Source of the DNA: the human T2T-CHM13v2.0 reference genome, Homo sapiens
DNA: 64,000 bases
Assembly: GCF_009914755.1 (NCBI RefSeq)
Contig: NC_060926.1
Reading direction: 5' to 3' (one strand)
A program made the translations under genes and the position numbers. The stretch's first letter is position 1; the number at the start of each line of letters is the position of its first letter. Shown in pieces: positions 58,801-64,000 of this stretch. The notes under the pieces were generated by a model. It was not told the origin of the DNA, made no database searches, and saw only the letters and a program-made list of their open reading frames with translations.

Positions 58801-60219
58801 AGGAACAGAAACTCATTTCCAGGAAGCACAGGCGGGACGGCAGGTGAAAAAGCCGCTGCGGGGAGCAGATCTCCGCCCCACCCGACGGTTTCCTGGAGGC
58901 ATTCTAGGGGAGTCTGAGCTCTGGCGGCGCGCCCCGACCCGGAGGCGGCGTTGGGAGCACGTGGCTGGCCCGGATGCCCAACAAATCTTAAATGTGTTTG
59001 AGGCGTGCCTGGGCTCTCAGGGGTTCAGCAAACACAAGGAACGCTTCTTCAGGGCCATCAGATGTGTGCTTATCCTACGGGACTCGCAATTTATTGGGAG
59101 AATTTGGTGTTTCTCTCATACACAAATAACATAGAAATTCCACATGTCCTGAGTGACAGATATTACCTTTCTTGGGGTTCACCCAGTAGCAGTTTCAGGT
59201 AACGCTTTTGTGAACTTGATACACTTAACTTAGTTATTATTTTTATTCTCTATCCACAAATGTAACATGTACATACATTCTCCTTGTGAAGAAGTATAGA
59301 ATGAAAAGTGGGGAAAAAAATCTAAACCTCTTTATCCCATTCCTCTTAAAGGAAATGTTAAAAAGTGGGTCTACATACTTACAAGCCCTTTCTATGCAAT
59401 ACATGCATATCAAAGATATAGCAAATATACCTTTTTCATAAATATTGTACTATTCATGTTATGCAGATTATATTTTTCATCTACGGTGGCAGAGGATTTG
59501 AACATGTCAGTGCATATAAATTTATTTTATTTTTTAACTGCTCTATACTTTTCCAATGTGTAGATGAAACATAATTTCACCAGAATCTTATTGATGGACT
59601 CATAGATTGTTTAGTCATTTGCTTTTATAAATAGTGCTCAGTGAATGAATGTCTTTTATTTAACCTATACACAGGAACCATATCTGTGAGATAATTTTTT
59701 AGAGTGGATTCACTAGGCCAAAGGATAGTTTCCTTTTAAAGTTTTAGAGCTATTGAGAAATTAAAATCCAAAGAAGTTTTATTAATTTATACCCTCATAA
59801 GCAATATATGAATTTGCCTTAGCCTATCCCACAGTGTCAGCAAAGTGTTTGGTTTGTGCCACTGGTATCTTACTTTGGTTTAATTTTGAATGTATTGCTT
59901 AGCATCCTCATCTTTCTGAGTGAACTATCTTATCTTTTGTGTGCCTATTCCATTCAGAAGTTTTCCCTATGGATTGCTGAGATTTTCTTCTTGGTTTATA
60001 GGAACCATTTATATTTTTTAAAAATGACCACCTTTCTTGTGATCAGAGTTACAAGCTTCTCCCCATTCTGCTCACTGCCATGGCTTATTTTTATAGTTCA
60101 ATTAACTAATAATTTTATGAGTTCCAAGTTTTTTGTCATAATACTTTTTTTTTGTGATTATAAAAAAAGTTACTAGAAAATTTAAACCAAAGTTGTGACC
60201 AATAGAAATGATCATTACT

Positions 60220-60840
<621 letters not shown>

Positions 60841-61253
60841 AAGAAAGCAGAAATTATCATTACTGTCTTGGCTGGATACAACTGTAGTCTTCAAGTGTAT
60901 TTTGTAGCTTTCTATTCCCTATTTGAGTTTTTCATCTTGCGTAGCTGTAATATATTTAAAAGTAGTTCTAACTGGACATCTTTCCATAGTGACATCCACC
61001 TTCTGTGAAGCTCTGTGCTTTTATTCCATAAATTTTAAAGAAGTTATTGGCCATTACAATGGATGAAATGAAACTTTGAAATTTTTTTTCAATGAGGAAG
61101 CTCAAAGTTTGACAAGAAAACGACTGCAAAAATATAACAAAACATCTGTGGAAGTTGCACAGCATCCTGGCTCATAAAATCAGGATCGGAAACCATCAGT
61201 CTCCTTCCCGTTTCTGTTTCCTTTCTTGTCTGTAAAGACCAAATATTTAGGTC

Positions 61254-64000
<2,747 letters not shown>

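Noticed and set aside
60166-60177. Possible 3' TSD of the RAB18/PTCHD3 retrocopy (AAAGTTACTAGA vs GAAATTATTAGA at 56986-56997)
   Set aside because: Only 9 of 12 bases match in AT-rich DNA, so the 3' end cannot be fixed from this sequence alone

Overview
Primate (most likely human, recalled as 2q31.1) genomic DNA that is repeat-dense and holds one intact protein-coding gene, KLHL23, on the + strand. The gene has a CpG-island non-coding exon 1 and three coding exons (24589-25801, 31072-31224, 39118-39428), giving a 558-aa BTB-BACK-Kelch protein. Upstream are a two-LTR HERV-S/HERVL18-type provirus (1238-7187, - strand, tRNA-Ser PBS, GCCTT TSD, integrase deleted) and a retrocopy of the H/ACA snoRNA SNORA51. 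Downstream are nested MaLR/LTR/L1 insertions, a 5'-truncated TXN processed pseudogene and a chimeric retrocopy. In the chimera, spliced RAB18 exons 1-2 are joined to the antisense strand of an unspliced PTCHD3 5' region (likely PTCHD3P2). The most notable observations are this chimera, a 32-bp tandem repeat placing 15 Pumilio elements in the KLHL23 3'UTR, the box-intact snoRNA copy, and a strong-context uORF in KLHL23 exon 1. Gene and repeat-family names come from recalled sequences, not database searches, and many repeat boundaries are approximate. I see no evidence for a wholly new multi-gene system.
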